NCBI GenBank assembly: GCA_029556545.1
Contig: JAKQEQ010000042.1
Location: 18,729 to 82,728, forward strand
Length of the DNA stretch: 64,000 bases
Direction of reading: 5' to 3'
Origin: Candidatus Hydrogenedentota bacterium
GTDB lineage: Bacteria; Hydrogenedentota; Hydrogenedentia; Hydrogenedentales; JAGMZX01
How positions within the stretch are numbered: position 1 is the first letter of the stretch; each line of letters opens with the position of its first letter. The notes under the pieces are model-generated. The model did not search any database. It was given only the letters and a program-made list of their open reading frames with translations, and was not told where the DNA came from. Position numbers and translations under genes: made by a program. Positions 62,032 to 64,000 of the stretch are shown here, one piece after another.

Positions 62032-63960
62032 TCACTTGGACTGTTCCAGCACCACTCGTTGTTCCAGGCAGATTTTCGAGCAGCCATGCCCCTGCGTCGT
62101 AATGCTGTATTCGATGTCTTGCCCCTGTGACCGGCGCTGGTTCCGTCCGACGTATTTCCCGCACCTTGAAAGACTGCCACAAACCTCCGTCACCTGTTCA
62201 TCGCTGAACCTGAACTCTTCAGACATGCGCCGGCGAAGGTGACTGGGCACTTCAGAGAATGTGCCCGGCGGCGGCATCAAGGGATGAAAGTCCGAGGTCG
62301 TCAGGTCATTTGGGATGAACAGGGCACATATCCTGTTCAGGGCAGGCCATTCCAACTCATACACCGGGCCAAACGCGAGAAGCGGCTCGAAGTCCAGCAG
62401 GGCGAGGTCTTGCTTCTCCGTGCACAGTATTGTATCCGTGCCAAACCTGAAGAGATCATGAACGCGGATACTCGAAGAGTTCCGCAAGACGGGCGTCCAT
62501 TCCGCAGCTGCCGCCACGTCTTTGACGGCCGCGGCGTAGGCGTCCACTGTCATCGAAATCCAAAATGTCCTCGTAGGGCATTGGGATATGTCCAGCTTCA
62601 GCGGCGTCACGCCCAGTACGGTGTCTAGCTGCGGCTCGCCGTCTTTGACCGCGAATACGCTCGCGCCCGGCGGCACGGAATCGATGTAGACCGTTCGGGA
62701 CTGGACGCCCGAATCAGTCTTCTGCGAGCAGGCAGGGCTCGCAAGACCCGCAAGAAGCGAGACCAAGAGCAAGCCGTACCCCACATCCATGGCAAACCGG
62801 GAGCGTTTTGTTCGCAGCGACGCGCCGAACAGGCCCCACAGCAAGAGCACGATGCCTGTCAGAGTAAATACGATGCCCACCGCGATAAGGGGAGTCGCCA
62901 AGCGCCCATACCATGGCATTGGCTGCCCATCCGGGAAGGTCCAACGGATGTTATCCAGGTAGACGGAAACGGGAGCATCGGGCAACTGGTCCGATTGGTT
63001 GCCCTGCGCCAAGCAGACATAGAACGACGTGACGACCCGGCTGACATCGGCCGAACCGACCGGCATTTGAAAATGCCGCCGTTCCGTGGTCAAAGTCGAA
63101 AGCGGCTTCTCTGGCTGGATGGCTGCCTTGGCCGAGTCTCCATGGATCTTCTTGTCTCCACCAGTGAAACACGCTTTGAATTCGACGGCCAATGGAAAGA
63201 CAGCGAAATCCGTCCACGCGTCGAATTCAATGGACTTCGCGCCGGTCAGATTCACCGACGTGTCCATTCCCCCCAAGAGTTCCTCCGGCGTACAGCGTGT
63301 CCAAGCCACACCGACCCATCCTCGCGGGCTCAAGTCCGACCGGAATTCCAACTTAAGCACCCGATCTTCCGAAGACGCCTCTCCTCCTGATACAAGCCGA
63401 AAACACAATACTCTTTCGTAATCATCGCGTGGAAAGCTGGCGTCGCCCACCATGAAGTATTGCGGGATCCACTCGTTGGACCAACCATCCTCGAAGAGAT
63501 GGTAGTCTTGACCCTGGAGCGGAATCGATGGCGGCATCATCGAACGGGCAATCAGACCGCCTGCGAAGAGCAAGGCGCCTAGTCCAATTGTGACAAGGCT
63601 GCGCCGGAACCGGCGCCGCCTGGCAAACTCGCACGCAACACACCGGAACTTGTTTGCCATGTGCCAGGAATGAAGCCGTTTCCCGCAGGAAACACACTTT
63701 GCCGGTTGGCTGTCCAGTTTCAAGGACAGGCCGCACAGGTCACAGGTGAGGTCTTGCGTAGCCGATTCAGTTTCCGCGGGGGCAAGAGATCGTGGTGCAA
63801 ATAAGGACTGGAGCAGTTCCATACCTTGACTTGCCGCGAGACGCGCGATCTCGTCCTGTGTGATGAGTCTCTGGTCCTTCATCTCATCCAGAATACGGGC
63901 GGCATCTTGATCACATTGATGCGCCAACCCTCCTGCGACGGCGGCACGCCAATCCTCCAC
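62032..63960 (-). CDS. hypothetical membrane protein with N-terminal zinc-ribbon-like Cys pairs
   Basis: 642 aa. CDLCG...CVSCG and CVACEF motifs, at least 2 TM helices, large extracytoplasmic domain. Start may lie at or beyond 63960. Lowest-GC gene in the window. Confidence 0.55.
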   Translation of the reverse strand: MEDWRAAVAGGLAHQCDQDAARILDEMKDQRLITQDEIARLAASQGMELLQSLFAPRSLAPAETESATQDLTCDLCGLSLKLDSQPAKCVSCGKRLHSWHMANKFRCVACEFARRRRFRRSLVTIGLGALLFAGGLIARSMMPPSIPLQGQDYHLFEDGWSNEWIPQYFMVGDASFPRDDYERVLCFRLVSGGEASSEDRVLKLEFRSDLSPRGWVGVAWTRCTPEELLGGMDTSVNLTGAKSIEFDAWTDFAVFPLAVEFKACFTGGDKKIHGDSAKAAIQPEKPLSTLTTERRHFQMPVGSADVSRVVTSFYVCLAQGNQSDQLPDAPVSVYLDNIRWTFPDGQPMPWYGRLATPLIAVGIVFTLTGIVLLLWGLFGASLRTKRSRFAMDVGYGLLLVSLLAGLASPACSQKTDSGVQSRTVYIDSVPPGASVFAVKDGEPQLDTVLGVTPLKLDISQCPTRTFWISMTVDAYAAAVKDVAAAAEWTPVLRNSSSIRVHDLFRFGTDTILCTEKQDLALLDFEPLLAFGPVYELEWPALNRICALFIPNDLTTSDFHPLMPPPGTFSEVPSHLRRRMSEEFRFSDEQVTEVCGSLSRCGKYVGRNQRRSQGQDIEYSITTQGHGCSKICLEQRVVLEQSK

Positions 63961-64000
63961 CAGTTTGAGAGCGCGCGCATGGTGCTCCAGCCAACGGGTT

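Overview
High-GC (roughly 65-70% by eye) bacterial chromosomal window with about 50 protein-coding genes. Genes I can support from sequence: an Fe-ADH/glycerol-1-phosphate-dehydrogenase-like enzyme, glucose-6-phosphate dehydrogenase (zwf), a mitochondrial-type aconitase, ribosomal protein S20, a RecD2 helicase, an ECF sigma/anti-sigma pair with a YbjQ-like gene, the NiFe-hydrogenase maturation operon hypF-hypC-hypD-hypE (minus strand, overlapping stop/start codons, no structural hydrogenase genes in the window), a flotillin (FloA) locus with two NfeD paralogs, a surface-polysaccharide cluster (formyltransferase, alpha/alpha-toroid protein, GT4 glycosyltransferase, heparinase II/III-like protein, O-antigen-ligase-TPR fusion), and a Rieske/cytochrome b/membrane c-type cytochrome operon. 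At 46552 a tRNA-Ser(UGA) is followed by DNA of visibly lower GC that runs to the window end (at least 17 kb). That region carries a Type I restriction-modification system (hsdM, hsdS, hsdR) split by an inserted, translationally coupled AAA-ATPase + S8 subtilase gene pair. The insertion left a duplicated hsdR 5'-end scar. I consider this ATPase-protease pair, which resembles the IetAS-type two-gene defence architecture as I recall it, the most interesting system here. Other non-standard structure: two dispersed hairpin-repeat families (one with compensatory stem changes between copies), a ~1.4 kb segment bounded by ~50 bp direct repeats that holds an orphan MNT nucleotidyltransferase and a GIY-YIG nuclease flanked by hairpin arrays, a frameshifted vapC next to an intact antitoxin, and a membrane protein with a 3x51 bp in-frame tandem repeat and a dockerin-like C-terminus. 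Many long ORFs in the six-frame track are antisense/alternate-frame artefacts of the high GC content and were not called.
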